Positions 37,879 to 49,908 of a stretch of DNA of 64,000 nt are shown here, piece by piece (within the stretch, counting starts at the first letter, position 1; the number at the start of each line of letters is the position of its first letter). A program made the position numbers and the translations under genes. Location of the stretch: the NCBI GenBank assembly GCA_028534125.1, contig CM052817.1:109246001-109310000 (forward strand), read 5' to 3'. Below the pieces are notes generated by a model. It ran no database searches. It saw nothing but the letters and a program-made list of their open reading frames with translations, and was not told the DNA's origin. Origin of the DNA: Lama glama (taxonomy: Eukaryota).

Positions 37879-38432
37879 TTATTTATATGAAAATCACATC
37901 TCTAGTATTATTCCTACCAACAGGTAAGAACACAGGCATGGAGATGTTAAAAAAAAGACACTGCCAGGATAGTACAGAGACTGCGTGAGGGAGCTCGTGA
38001 GATTTCACCCCTGGGCACCATTGTTCCGCCTGCAAAGTAGCTCAATTTGGTTTTACTGGAATAGAGAAGATAATGTGGATCAGGGTAAAATATTCTCACT
38101 GTTCATTTTAGGGATAATAATCCTAATAAAACTCATTTTACTCAACACCTAACTTGCCCTCTGTCTGCTAGCTTAATTGAAATAATAATGGACTAGCATT
38201 TATAACTCAATTATTTTCTTTTCTATTTTCTTTCCACTATCAGAAAAAAAAATAAATGCAAATTATTTATAATTTATGTATAAGTGGAAAATGGAAAGTA
38301 AATCAATACCACACATCATCAACCTTGTTTGAGAAAAATTCTCTTCAGTGTCATCTTGAATTTTATTTTATGGTGTTATCTTGTCTGGCAGAGGAACAGG
38401 CACTGTGACAAACAAGAGTGTTTAAGATTTTC

Positions 38433-38542
38433 TATGAACATACATGTATTCATGTATAACTGAAAAATTGCGCTCTACACTGGAATTTGACACAACATTG
38501 CAAAATGACTATTACGCAGTAAAAAATGCTAACATAAAAAAA
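38433..38542 (+). mobile_element. L1 3' tip
   Basis: ttcatgtataactgaaaaattgcgctctacactggaatttgacacaacattg, flanked by attttct repeats. Confidence 0.85.
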
Positions 38543-38628
38543 TTTTCTTTGAAATTTGTCAACTTTCAATGAGAAAGTAAATGCCCACTTTTAAAAGCTA
38601 CTCTGTTCCTACAGTAACACGCTATCAC

Positions 38629-38780
38629 CAAAGAACTTCTCCGTGTGAGGAGAATTCCAGTTCTAGAGGAGCTGATGATGGAAGTAGCTGTGACTTGCAC
38701 ATTCTGATGCTTGCTCCTCTGACTTCAAGCATAATTCTCCACTCTCCTTCTTTCTCACACATCTTTGATTTGGTTTTTGA
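38629..38780 (-). pseudogene. Exon remnant, 152 nt, open in phase 0
   Basis: Acceptor catttttgttag|; SKTKSKMCEKEGEWRIMLEVRG...EFSSHGEVL; donor gtgata is weak. Confidence 0.4.
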
Positions 38781-39121
38781 CTAACAAAAATGAATGACAG
38801 TCTGTTTTTGACATTTATTTGTGCGACACATTGAGTTAAAAGAAAGAAGAGATGCTAAAAGCAGAAGGACCAGTGCAAGTCAGCCTTCCCAGGGCAGTTT
38901 GATCCCTTGATTGTCATGCTGGTTCAAAAGGAGGCTCTGAGCTTTGCAGGTAAAGAAACATATTGTCACCTGACACAGAGGTGATAAAGCAAAGGAAACG
39001 TGACACACTTCATCTGAATTCATAAACCAACCCCAATTCTTACCCCTGTGAATAGTTCATGCATTCTTCACCTAATAAGGAAAGGATATCATGAAATTAC
39101 CATCTTAAAAATGTCTGCTAC

Positions 39122-39241
39122 CATGGGATTGGGAAGTTATGGAAGGGCACTTTTATCGAACTCATCATCATCTATGCGAGCGTTTTTAATGTGACAAGAA
39201 TAGGACTATGAGGCAAACTAGAATACTTCTGATCAACAGCA
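39122..39241 (-). pseudogene. Possible exon remnant, 120 nt
   Basis: Strong acceptor tttttattgtgtcttcag|, donor ATG|gtagca; acidic stretch IDDDEFDKS with stops. Confidence 0.35.
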
Positions 39242-39479
39242 CTGAAGACACAATAAAAAATTCTTATTGACAAATGTTCCTTTTTATATAATCCACGAAA
39301 GGTGGCGTGGATGTAGAACCAGGAACATGGCCTAAGAGTCACATTTTGCTGTTGCTCTGTAATCTTGAGTGAAATCTCTTCAAATCTCAATTTCCTCACC
39401 TAGAATGGGAGCAATAATATTTTGTTCACAGAGCTTTGCGATTAGGAAGTTCAACAACAAAACCAAATATGCCCAGTGC

Positions 39480-39559
39480 CTCATGTGAAAAAAGGGCTTT
39501 TCTCCTTTTTTCAGATCATTGTTTTCGATGGATGTTCTCATCACTCTCATCACAGAAGG
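39480..39559 (-). pseudogene. Possible exon remnant
   Basis: Acceptor gatttctag|; AFCDESDENIHRKQ*SEKRRKALFSHE; donor degenerate (gcactg). Confidence 0.3.
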
Positions 39560-40618
39560 CTAGAAATCATATCGCCTTGTTTTTCTATGTTTCCAAAGCT
39601 TGAACATCAGCTTAGTTATAAATCATAGATTAGTGGGGGACAGTTCTCTATTGATCAATCTGATAGATTAAGTATTATTTCTTACCATTACTTCCCTTTC
39701 AGAGAGTAACTTTCTTTTAAAGATCTTAGAACTGCACACAATAGCCTTCAACATAACAGTTAAACCGACTGGATAATATTCAACTGTTGTTGACTTTTGA
39801 TGCTCATGTACTATTTCCTAAAATAAAAGGCATCTTAAAGTAAAAGGCATCATAAAATGAAAGGCAAACAAAATGACACATTCAACTAAATATTAATTCA
39901 TCTATTAAAACATGAGAAGAACGTAGTTTTAAATTGTGCTTAAATTTACAGCTATTTTTTTTTCCAAGGAAAGGTTAATGGCATAATTTGGTGCAGACAA
40001 GTGTTAACAAAGCCTTGCTAACTGATACAGGTTAGGGGATTCAAATTCATTCAGCTTGGGAAATGCGACTCACTTTCTTTGCTTGATTATCTGCAATCAA
40101 TCTTGCAAGCTAGTCTGAGAACAGTTAAGAAGAATATTTGAGTGTATGTTGAAAACTTGGGACTTTAGGGTCAGCCCAGGCCCTAACATACCTAACGGTG
40201 TGTGGCTCCATGACGTTACATTATTTCTCAGCTTCCACGTCAATAGAGCTGAAATGTTGGGCATCTACCGGATGTAGCCAACTTAACCCTGCAAGTGGCT
40301 AAATTACTGCTCAGTGCTTTTTATTGACTGCAGTGATCAGCTAAGGCTAGGACCTTAGCCCCAAAGCACACAAGCCAACCTACATATACACATCCACCTA
40401 AGTATGTCCACAAAGACACTTATAAACAAGCAACACACGAAACAGCCGCCACACAAAAGTGAACAGGCTGTCACTGAAATCAGTGAGAAGAGATGAGCTA
40501 TCTGGTGTGGCACACAGCTAAAACTACAAGAAACATCCCCCCCACCCCACCCCCTACTCATAAAGGGGGTTTGTGTCCACATAACGAGATGTGTCACCAT
40601 CCATCGAGGTCAACATAC

Positions 40619-40901
40619 AGCATTGTGGCTACTGGCTGCAGAAGCAACACGGAAAAGTCAGCTAGTGGCAAAGACATGTCACTCTCTATTATTACTAAGA
40701 GCACAAAATAGACTCTCTCTCTCTGATTGTAAAGTCCTTTCCCAGTTTAAATTTAGCACCATGTTCCTTCTGATTATGAAGTTTCGCACTTTGACAATTT
40801 TACATCAGACAGAATGGTTTTGCATCATGAGCGGTAAGTTAGCTGAGAAAGCCAAGGGAAGTTTTTCCAAAAAGATATGAATTCCCTCTGGTAACTCTGT
40901 C
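40619..40901 (-). pseudogene. Possible exon remnant
   Basis: Acceptor ttttgctctctggaaag|, donor GCT|gtatgt; REFISFWKN...RERVYFVLLVIIES with several stops; weak homology. Confidence 0.2.
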
Positions 40902-41169
40902 CTTTCCAGAGAGCAAAATGGAGTTAAATAAAATTCATGACATGTGAAAAACAAAACTATGTTATCACCATTTCAAGTTCAGGAACTTAGGCTGTTTTTC
41001 TAAGAAGGCAAACCAGCACATGGGGGTGGAATTAGCTGTCACCTTTTGGAAGAGCTGTTAGACATACAAATGCTAGTTTAGGGCAGTGCCATAGCCCCAC
41101 TTAAAGAGTGCAGTAAAATACATAAGCAATCCTTCATATTTCATTGAAGTTTTATGGATTAAAAGTCAA

Positions 41170-41402
41170 TTATTTGGGAGTTTGGGATTTTTAAGTGCTA
41201 ACTACTATATATAAAAATAGATAAAAGATAAGTTTCTTCTGTATAGCACAGGGACCTATCTTCAGTATCTTGTAATAACCTTTAATAAAAAAAGAATATG
41301 AAAATGAATATATGTGTGTGTGAGTGTGTGTGTGACTGGGACATGATGCTGTACACCAGAAACTGACACATTGTAACCGACTATATTTCAATAAATAAAA
41401 AA
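41170..41402 (+). mobile_element. L1 3' UTR fragment
   Basis: ctgtatagcacagggacctat...gacacattgtaaccgactatatttcaataa. Confidence 0.85.
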
Positions 41403-42049
41403 GGAAATCAGGCTTTTATTTTTGCCCCTCTGGTCTTGCATTTCCACCCTGTGTGCAAACTCTTTGTGTCCACACTATGTGGAGAGCAATCTAAAGCCAT
41501 CTGTCGGCTGGCATGGATCCACATCCATACAGAACATTTTAGCAGGAATCCCACTCCTTCTTCATCCCCCTAAAAGGCCCTGTGAGCCTCACCTGGATTG
41601 AGACCATCACCTGGCTGTTCTGGTAGCGTAGCCCCAACTCTCCTGCCATGCTGGAGAAAACCTAACAGAAGTGGAGGCAGGTGCCTCCACAAAGCCATGG
41701 TCTCCAGCCCCACCAGCCCCACCTGTGTCCTTGGTGCAACCCAGAAACCCCTTTATGTCCAGCCGGCTCTCCCATTGCCCTCAGCAGATTCTCCCAAGTA
41801 TGACCTTAGCATCCAAACCTACCACCCTGCCGCTCCTCCTCACTTACAGACACGTTTTCTGTATCATATCATTTTCACTGCGTTCATTTCACTCTCTTTA
41901 TTGCTGAAAGAGAAACCTTTAAAGGAGGTCTCCCCTCTTGAACTGCACAGGAAAATTCAGTTCTTCCTTTCTTCCCTCTCAGTAGAGGAAGAGGCATCTC
42001 TTGCTGCCGAAGTGAAATCTAGCCACATTTCTCCTCCATTGTCGTTCCT

Positions 42050-42286
42050 TTTTTGTTTTTTCTTTTATTGAAGTACTGTCAGTTACAATGTGTCAATCTC
42101 TGGGGTTCAGCACAATGTCCCAGTCATGCATATACATACATAGATTTGTTTTCATTTTTTTTTCATTAAAGGTTATTACAAGCTATTGAATCTAGTTCCC
42201 TGTACTGTATAGAAGACATTTGGGATTTTTAAAATCTATTTTTATATATAGTGGTTAACATTTCCGAATCTCAAACTCCCAAATTT
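42050..42286 (-). mobile_element. L1 3' UTR fragment
   Basis: Reverse complement of the family at 41170-41402. Confidence 0.85.
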
Positions 42287-43722
42287 ACTGCACAGAACCA
42301 GCCCTCTGCAGATACCAAGGGCGACTGCACGCCAGCGTGAGGGGGTCCTTTCTGACAGGGAGGAGCGCTTTGTTAACTGATAATGTTAACAATCACCAGC
42401 ACGGTGATAACAATGCCATCCTGATGTTTGCTGGTTTCATTATTTTTAATTCTCTAATGACAACATGTCCCTAACTAGCCGGCACCAGGGTAAACAGACC
42501 TTATTGCCACCACTACTGGTCACCCCAATTGTGTGTGTGTGTATTTATTCACCAATAAGCAGTATTATCAAAAGGCAGTTTTCTCACAGCGCAGCATCAC
42601 TGTGGAAGAGGTATCCACCCCTGAGCCTTCTGTGAGGCAAGGCAACTGTTCACGCCAAGCTATCAAAACTGAAATACGTATCCAATATCCCCTCTAACTT
42701 ACCAGAGAGAGCTGCCCACTGGCTCAGGGCTCAGTTCAAAAATGAAAGACAAGCCAGCGCATTCCTGTTACCGCCCTCCCCACAAGGAGACCCCTGCCCC
42801 TGTGAGAGCACCCTCCCTCTCCAGGACACTGTAGAGACACCAACATGAGAAACGCCTGAGTTCCACTGCTTTTAGGAACCATGATCACTGTCTGGATGGC
42901 CGCAGATGCTGCCCCACTTCCAAGCTGGTCTGGTCCCCAGCGCGGCACGCCCCTGGTGCCCATCCCGGCACCTCCTGGGGGCTGAGGCTGGCTCCCCTGT
43001 GCTGCGCCCAGATGCTTCTCCTCCCTCCCGTGGAGAGGGGGCTCTTGATCTCCATCCCTCCCTGGCAGGTCACTGTTTATCTGCTCTCCTCCCCACGGAC
43101 ACAGGGCACTGGAGCTGCTGCCTTCTCTGCTGCTGATAAATTAATCAGCAAGCTCAGCCGCTTAAACAGTTTGGCAGGACTCTGAAATCCTCTCACTTGG
43201 TGACTGCCATGAAGGCAAGTGTGTTCATGCATTTCACAGGACCTGTATTTTTAGATCAATGACCTTTGGGTGTGTGATTCATTCTGATTTCATTTTTTCC
43301 CAGTGGGTGCAGTTTCACAGAAGCCTATTTAAAAACAATTCAGCAAGCAATGTTTTAAATGGACTATAATCTATTCTACACCTGTTTCCTTGGACTATTT
43401 TGATGGAAGTAGATGGTTCCTATGACATTAATACTAAATGCAGACATACAGAGTTATTGGCAATGCTGTTGAGGTCTTCAGATAACTAAGCACAGAAAGA
43501 ACCTATCCTCAGAGCAGGCTTTTCTATTTATCGTATTTGTCCTAAATAATCAAACAAACGTGTTCACCAAGATCCTCACGGCTTTAACATTTTGATTTTT
43601 AAAAGACAGAACACATTAATAATTTGTATGCAAAGCCTTTCTGTAATTTCTATGTTAAGCTATAACCCTGTGGGGGAGCCTGCCGGATACAAAGTCACAT
43701 TCATCCTTGGGGGAACTGGTAC

Positions 43723-43849
43723 CTTGACTAGTAGGGTCCAGATATACTAACTGTATTAAACTCCACTTTGGGGATGCGATGGCGCTGCCCCGTCCCAACA
43801 TGTGAGGAATCCATCACAAAGTGATGGGGAGCTCTGCACAAGAGGATTC
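43723..43849 (-). pseudogene. Exon remnant, 127 nt
   Basis: Strong acceptor ctcattctgttctctgcag|, donor AAG|gtacca; one stop in either plausible frame. Confidence 0.4.
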
Positions 43850-44499
43850 CTGCAGAGAACAGAATGAGCTTGTCAGCCACTAAAAATAGCATAGGATATT
43901 TATCAAAAAAAATTTTTTGGCCATATAAGTAATACAAATAATCTTAGAGAAAATGTGCTGGTTTTTATCCTAGGATAATATTGAGTTTCTATGGGTGTTT
44001 GTGTGCTGGCAGGGAAAGGTAGCAGGAACGTGAGTTATTTTTACATAAGTTATGCCCACAATAGCACCAAGCGATTTACCAGATGCAGCCTAAGATCATT
44101 TGATGACCTGAAGCTTCCAAGAGTACTTTTTCAACTCTTCAAATCGCTGAGTTTTGAGGACACGTGGTAAAGCTCCGGCTATGTTCTAGCGGATGCCCCA
44201 CATAATCCACCACCACCTTCACCCACACACACGCCAGACACTGGTGCTTTTCATATTCAAAGTGAATCTGTCTCCTGAATTAAACTGTTGGACAGTCAAT
44301 GCTCGTAAAACTAAAAGGTGGTTGTCAAAGGCTCGCATCGCACAGTGGTGCACCCTGACCTCCCTGGTGGTTACCCTCGGAGGCACCTGTGCGGATCTGC
44401 TACCTGAACACTGGGAAACATACTCCTGAGTTGTTTTTTTTTTCCCATTTGTGGCATTACGTATATTTTATTTCTGTTCACCCTTTCTTTTTAAGATTT

Positions 44500-44660
44500 T
44501 CATTATTATTTATTTACTTTTTTGTTTGGGTTTTTGGGGGGAGGGAGTAATTAGGTTTGTTTATTATTATTATTTTTTGTTAAATGGAGGCACTGGGGAT
44601 TGAACCCAGGACCTCATGCATGCTAAGCACACACTCTACCACTGAGCTCTACCCTCCCCC
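44500..44660 (-). mobile_element. tRNA-derived SINE (camelid-type)
   Basis: ggggattgaacccaggacctcatgcatgctaagcacacactctaccactgagct gives A/B boxes on the minus strand; T-rich tail. Confidence 0.85.
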
Positions 44661-45154
44661 TGTTCTCACTTCCTTGATTTACTTTATGATCAAATGTATG
44701 CCTCTGTGAGAATCTGTTCCAGGTCATGGATCTAATGTATGGTCACAAGATGGCAAAAATATAAGTGATTTATACAGGGAAGAATCCAACCGGTATCATT
44801 ATTCTTATTTTAATTATATTTGTTTATTTTTGAACACATTAAATATTCTCAGCGAAAAAGACTGCACGCCTTTGAAAGAGTGATATGTTTTCTTTATGTA
44901 ACAGAGCTTCTGTAGAGAAAATATATTTTAGTCGCAACCATGTCATGGAACAGAAATGAGGAAGGATATGGGAAAGTTAAGAGTTTAGCCAAAAGTTGCA
45001 TGAGTCAAACACTGATGTGAACTCACAGGGACTCCCAGAGCTTGTGCAGACCTGCAGATGCATGAACACACTGGGCAACTGCTCGCCCTCCATAATCTGG
45101 GAACTTCTTCTGTTTCTATATTTGGTAAGCAAAGGTCATCCTGCACTTACTCAC

Positions 45155-45230
45155 CATTTCAAGTTAACAATAGCTCTGGAATCTCTGCTGTACTACCAGT
45201 AATTGTGTATAATTCTACCCACGAGAGAGC
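45155..45230 (-). pseudogene. Exon remnant, 76 nt
   Basis: Strong acceptor cttcatctttcacag| and donor ATG|gtgagt; ALSWVELYTITGSTAEIPELLLT*N. Confidence 0.45.
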
Positions 45231-45519
45231 CTGTGAAAGATGAAGTCGTTAAATTGAGATGAGATTAAGGTCAACACCATCATATTGTCAAAAAAGCAAA
45301 AATGCAATTTTAAAACAGAAGTTATTGTCAAGACACACTGTACCATAGAAAGAGACAAAGAATCAGGGTAACTGAGTTCCTGTTTGAGGTGTGCCAAGCT
45401 ATCCTGTGCCTTTACAGGAGTCACATAACATCTCTGGGTTTATTTCCCTTATATAGCGAGTGAGTGGAACTGAATTCTCTGAGTCTCTTTCTATTTGTAG
45501 CATTTTTATTTGTAGATAT

Positions 45520-45653
45520 AAGTCCAGGTCTAGCTTTCCTAGCATCTCTTTTTGGAAGCTATAAGAGGAACAGGCAAATCCTGGCAGATCCTTTACCCAT
45601 GTGAGACTTAGTTTAAGGAGGGGCTTCTTGTCCCAAAGAATCATTTTATGCTT
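45520..45653 (-). pseudogene. Exon remnant with RGS22/RGSL1 N-terminal motif (donor end uncertain)
   Basis: Acceptor catctttttctgcag|. Translates KHKMILWDKKPLLKLSLTWVKDLPGFACSSYSFQKEMLGKL, resembling RGSL1 LLTWLEKCRLPFF and RGS22 IKWIKKERLPAFLESDCYFEYRLAKL (recalled). Confidence 0.55.
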
Positions 45654-45709
45654 CTGCAGAAAAAGATGCTTCAACAAGGCATTGAAATTTTCTTAAATGA
45701 AAATGGCTT

Positions 45710-47124
45710 CTTTTTGCAGGTAGCTGCCCAGTTTTCCCAGCACTGTTTATTGAAGAGACTGTCTTTTCTCCATTGCACACTCTTGCCTCCTTTGTCATAG
45801 ATTAATAGACCATACATGCATGTGTTTATTTCTGGACTTTCTATCATGTAAAAGAGTGAAATTAAAGCATTCTCTAACATCATATACAAAGGTATGCTCA
45901 GAATGGATTAAAGACCAGATACTATAAAACTCCTAGAGGAAAATATAGACAGAATACTCTTTGACATAAATTGCAGCAATATTTTTTTGAACCAGCTCCT
46001 AGAGTAATGGAAACAAAAGCAAAAATAAACAAATGGAACCTAATTAAACTTAAAAGCTTTTGTACCACAAAGGAAACCATAAACAAAATGAAAAGACAAC
46101 CCACAGGATGGGAGAAAATATTTGCAAATGATGCAATGATAAGAGACTAATTTCCAAAATATACAAACAGCTCATACAGCTTAAAAAAAAATCCAAAAAT
46201 TGGCTGAAGACCTAAAAAGACATTTCTCCAAAGAAGACATCTAGATGGCCAACAGGCACATGAAAAGATGCTTAATATCACTAATTATCAGAGAAATGCA
46301 AATCAAAACCATGATGAGGTATCCCCTCACATCAGTCAGCCATCATTAAAAAGTCCACAAATGATAAATGCTGGAAGGATGTGGAGGAAAGGGAACCCTC
46401 CTATACTGTGGGTGGGAATGTAGTTTGGTGCATGGAGAACAGTATGGAGAGTCCTTAAAACACTAAAAATAGACTTACCATATGACCCAGCAATCCCACT
46501 CCTGGGCATACATCCAGAGAAAACTATAATTCAGAAAGGCACAAGCACCCCAGTGCTCACAGCAGCACTAGGCTATTTACAATAGCTAAGACATGCAATC
46601 ACCCTAAATGTCCGTCTACATATGACTGGACATAGAAGTTGTGGTGTATTTATACAATGAAATATTACTCAACTATAAAAAAGAATGAAATGATGCCATT
46701 TGCAGCAACAGATATGGACCTAAAGATTATCAAATTAAATGAGGTAAGTCAGAGAAAGACATATATATATATCACTTATATGTGGAATCTCAAAAAATGA
46801 TAGAAATTTTATTTATAAACCAAAAATAGACCCATGGACGTAGAAAACAAACTATGGTCACCAAAGGGGAAAGGGCAGGGGAAAGATAAATTAGGAATTT
46901 GGGATTCACACACACACACACATTAATGTATATAAAATACATAAACAGCGAGGACCTACTGTACAGCACAGGGAACTACATTAAATTTCTTGTAATAATA
47001 TATAATGGAAAAGAATCTGAAAGTATATGTATGTGAATATGTGAATAACTGAATCACTTCACTCTACACCTGAAACTAACACTGTAAATCAACTAGACAT
47101 CAATAAAAAATAAAATTAAAAAAA
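45710..47124 (+). mobile_element. 5'-inverted truncated L1
   Basis: 45710-45844 antisense ORF2 ([12 protein letters not shown]); 45845-47124 sense ORF2 end, 3' UTR and A-tail. Confidence 0.85.
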
Positions 47125-47249
47125 CCCTACTTCCCTCTTGTTCATAGTCATGCTATTTGAAAAACTGCAAAAATTCTCTACTTCGGGTTAAAAAAAAGTA
47201 AAAGGAGGCAGTAAAATACAAGTGTCACCTGGATGAACAAATATGCTAG

Positions 47250-48613
47250 ACTGAGTTCTTTATGATTTTGATCCTGGAACTCTTTTATACCTTAAACATG
47301 TTTTTGAGGATCCCAAAGACTTCTGTTTATGTGGAACATATACATAAATGCAATGTTAGAAATTAAAAATGAGGCAGTTTAAAAATATTTCATAATATGC
47401 TTTAAATAATAACAAACCTGTTAGAAATTTACAAATAATGTATTTTGTGAAAAGTAACTATCTTTTTCCAAACCAAAAAAAAAAAAAATTATTGAGAAGG
47501 ATGGCATTGTTTTATATTTCATAATTGTCTTTAGTGTCTGGCTCAATAGATTACAGCTACATTCTCATATTTACTGCTGAATTCCATCTATTTTAATGCA
47601 GTATTTTGGTTGAAGCATTTGAAGACAATTTGACCTCTCCCAGCTATAGTTGGAAATAAAGAGGAATATTTTAATAATCCTTTCAGATAATTCTGAATAT
47701 TCTTTCTGATACTACACAAAAATGTAATAAGTTCTATTTTTTAAAGGCTAGCTGCAATGTGGAGTCCAAGTCATATTTAATAACTTTGTTTTCTGGTACA
47801 TTTAAAGCCACTGTTCTATCTTGCAATCTGAATGGGCCTTCTCCTGTGCTTCATTTTGTAACGTCATGCAGTAGTCATTTGAAAAATATTTTGAAAAATT
47901 GTAAAGCCCTTCCAAATTCAATATACAGTATCAGAACATCACATTCACTAATATTATCATCAGTCTTACCAGGAAGGCCTTTAAGTCCTGAGACAGTGCC
48001 TAAGATCTCAGTTGCTGAGAAGTTTTCCAAAACTCTAATTTTTGCTTGATAGCTTGGATTTTATCATGGACAACAATGCTGCTTGGTTCCATGTGCTCGC
48101 TTTCACAGAAATATCTGTCCAGCGCCCAGGTGTGAATAACCATAGCTTGTCAGTTACTCTTTCAAATAAAGATGTGTTTCTAATAAAGGAGCAGCCAGTT
48201 CAGCTCACAACTTAATCACACAGGAGCTTTTTCTAAAGACAACCATTCCACTTTGGAATGCAAACAGAAGTTTTTTTATGGGACCTTCCCAGTCGGTCAC
48301 ATGGAATGTTAAAAAGACTTGTCCTCGAGGCCTGAAATTTAATAAAATAAATAATGGTTACTGCTTCATCAAAAACTTTCTTAAATGAAATTGACCTTTA
48401 AAAAAATAGTTAATTTGTGGCAGTAAAGTGTCCAGTGAATACTAGTATATTTTGGTGTCACCTTTGATTTACACTAAGATGCAACAGTTTACTTAGCATT
48501 GCTTCTACACCTTTGCTGCAGATAAAACAGAATGAACAAGGCAAATCCAGATCCATTACAGTGATCGCAGGGACCTGTGGCCCTAGAGTTCTGTGGTCAA
48601 AGCTTGAGAACTG
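47250..48613. mobile_element. Charlie1-type hAT DNA transposon remnant
   Basis: ttttgaggatcccaaagacttctgtttatgtgg, gagaaggatggcattgttttata and terminal ...cttgagaactg are typical of Charlie1. Confidence 0.7.
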
Positions 48614-48854
48614 TTGTAGAAGATTAGAGGTCAAGTGGATGTGTTATCAGATGACTCTGAGCAGGGGCATCCTAGCTGGATTGCCTGGCAGCCTCAGCAG
48701 GCAGCACTGGGCAGATGGAGGTCAAGAGATAAGAGAAGGGAGGGGCTGTTAGAGAAAACAGCAGTGAAGAGTCTTCTACAGGGTATTCAGTACCCTATAC
48801 AGCAGAGTGTCCCCAGGGGCCCCTCCTCGGGCCATGTGGACAGCTGCAGATTAC

Positions 48855-49007
48855 CGGAATGATGAAATCATCAGAATCTGAGGGTGGCTTTAAGTCTTGG
48901 GTTTTTCCTGTGGACTTAGGCAAAGCATATAATATCCCCCAGTGTGCATCCTGTCCTCGGTAACATGTGGCTGTACCTAACTTAACCATCTCAGATGTAC
49001 GGAAAGC
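48855..49007 (-). pseudogene. Exon remnant, 153 nt, open, phase 0-0
   Basis: AFRTSEMVKLG...ILYALPKSTGKTQDLKPPSDSDDFIIP; donor CCG|gtaatc; acceptor ttgtaag is weak. Confidence 0.45.
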
Positions 49008-49220
49008 CTTACAATTTGTCCTTTCTAACTAGCAAATCCACTTCAGTGACATTATCAAAAAATACAAGGCCAGGAAACTGGTATGCACAGAGATGTGTCC
49101 TCCTCCCTGTAAACTATAAAGACCTCCAGCCCACCAAAAGCAGATAAACCAAAACAAACAAAAAATTAAAGAGCGATGGCGAATCTGCTCTGAGATGTCC
49201 CGTAGCACTTTCACACTCAC

Positions 49221-49374
49221 TATGGGAGGCTGGTCCAGGAACACGTCCTGTACCTAGCAACAGGTACCTCGTTACTTCTGACTTCAACAAATGGAGGCTT
49301 ATTTTTCCAACCCGACAGGTTGTCCAAGGCAGGTGGCTGCTGGCTGGCTCTGGTTCAGCTGCTCAGCAAGGCAT
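49221..49374 (-). pseudogene. Candidate first coding exon remnant
   Basis: ATG at 49374-49372 (MPC*AAEPEP, cf. recalled RGS22 start MPEKRLTAEPP). Ends DVFLDQPPI in another frame at strong donor ATA|gtgagt (cf. FLSLP). Needs frameshifts. Confidence 0.35.
49253..49332. promoter_or_regulatory. Candidate RFX X-box-like sites near the putative 5' end of the pseudogene
   Basis: CCTAGCAAC half-site at 49253-49261 and GTTGTCCAAGGCAG at 49319-49332. Confidence 0.25.
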
Positions 49375-49779
49375 CCAGAGCCCAGGCTCCCACTGTCCAG
49401 CTTTGTCACAAGCACCCTGTTGACAGTGAGTAGCCATCAGTCAGTCAGGTCAGTTGACAGTGTTAAGGGCAAGCATAGGAATAAGCAATCTGTTAGCCTA
49501 AGTGTGGCCATTTTATTATCCTCCTTCAGTATCTCAGGTAATGTCTTGGGCCATTTCAGGGAGTTGGTTTTCTAGCTACCCACCCCATGTTTAAAGGAGA
49601 TAAACCTGTTGTTAAACTTGTTTGTACAATAATGTAAAGATAGTTAACACCACAAAACTGTACACTTAAAATGATTTAAATGGTGTCATGTTATGCATTT
49701 TAATAACAATTTTAAAAAAAGAATGTAAGAATGTGATACTGATACAGTTTACAATATTAATGAACACTGAAAAGATCCT

Positions 49780-49908
49780 TGGTGGGGGGGAGGCTCTAGC
49801 TCAGTGGTAAAGCACATGCTTAGCATGCACAAGGTCCTGGGTTCAATCCCCAGGACCTCCATTAAAAAGAAAGAAAAGAAAAGAAAATCCAACCAAAATT
49901 TTAAAAAA
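49780..49908 (+). mobile_element. tRNA-derived SINE (camelid-type) with 11-bp TSD
   Basis: tagctcagtggtaaagcacatgcttagcatgcacaaggtcctgggttcaatcccc; TSD gaaaagatcct at 49769 and 49909. Confidence 0.9.

Larger units (their letters stand above)
456..49374 (-). pseudogene. Multi-exon unprocessed pseudogene of an RGSL1/RGS22-family (multi-RGS-domain) protein; probably continues beyond the left edge
   Basis: Chain of minus-strand AG/GT-bounded segments, many phase-compatible. Colinear motif similarity to recalled human RGSL1/RGS22: LTWVKDLPGF, FVSFLNSHHS...W, RQWLFVDGEDVGQ, KMENREYSSEN, TETNCHTSHI, HVIREELFDLFDLVSSLETFRW. Multiple in-frame stops and frameshifts. Confidence 0.65.

Noticed and set aside
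456..49374. Calling the locus RGSL1 or RGS22 itself, or an intact gene
   Set aside because: Similarity is only motif-level, far below expected mammalian ortholog identity, and stops and frameshifts are too numerous to be sequencing errors.
49780..49908. tRNA gene (also 44580-44660)
   Set aside because: Has an A-rich tail and TSD and a diverged tRNA-like body, so it is a SINE rather than a tRNA gene.
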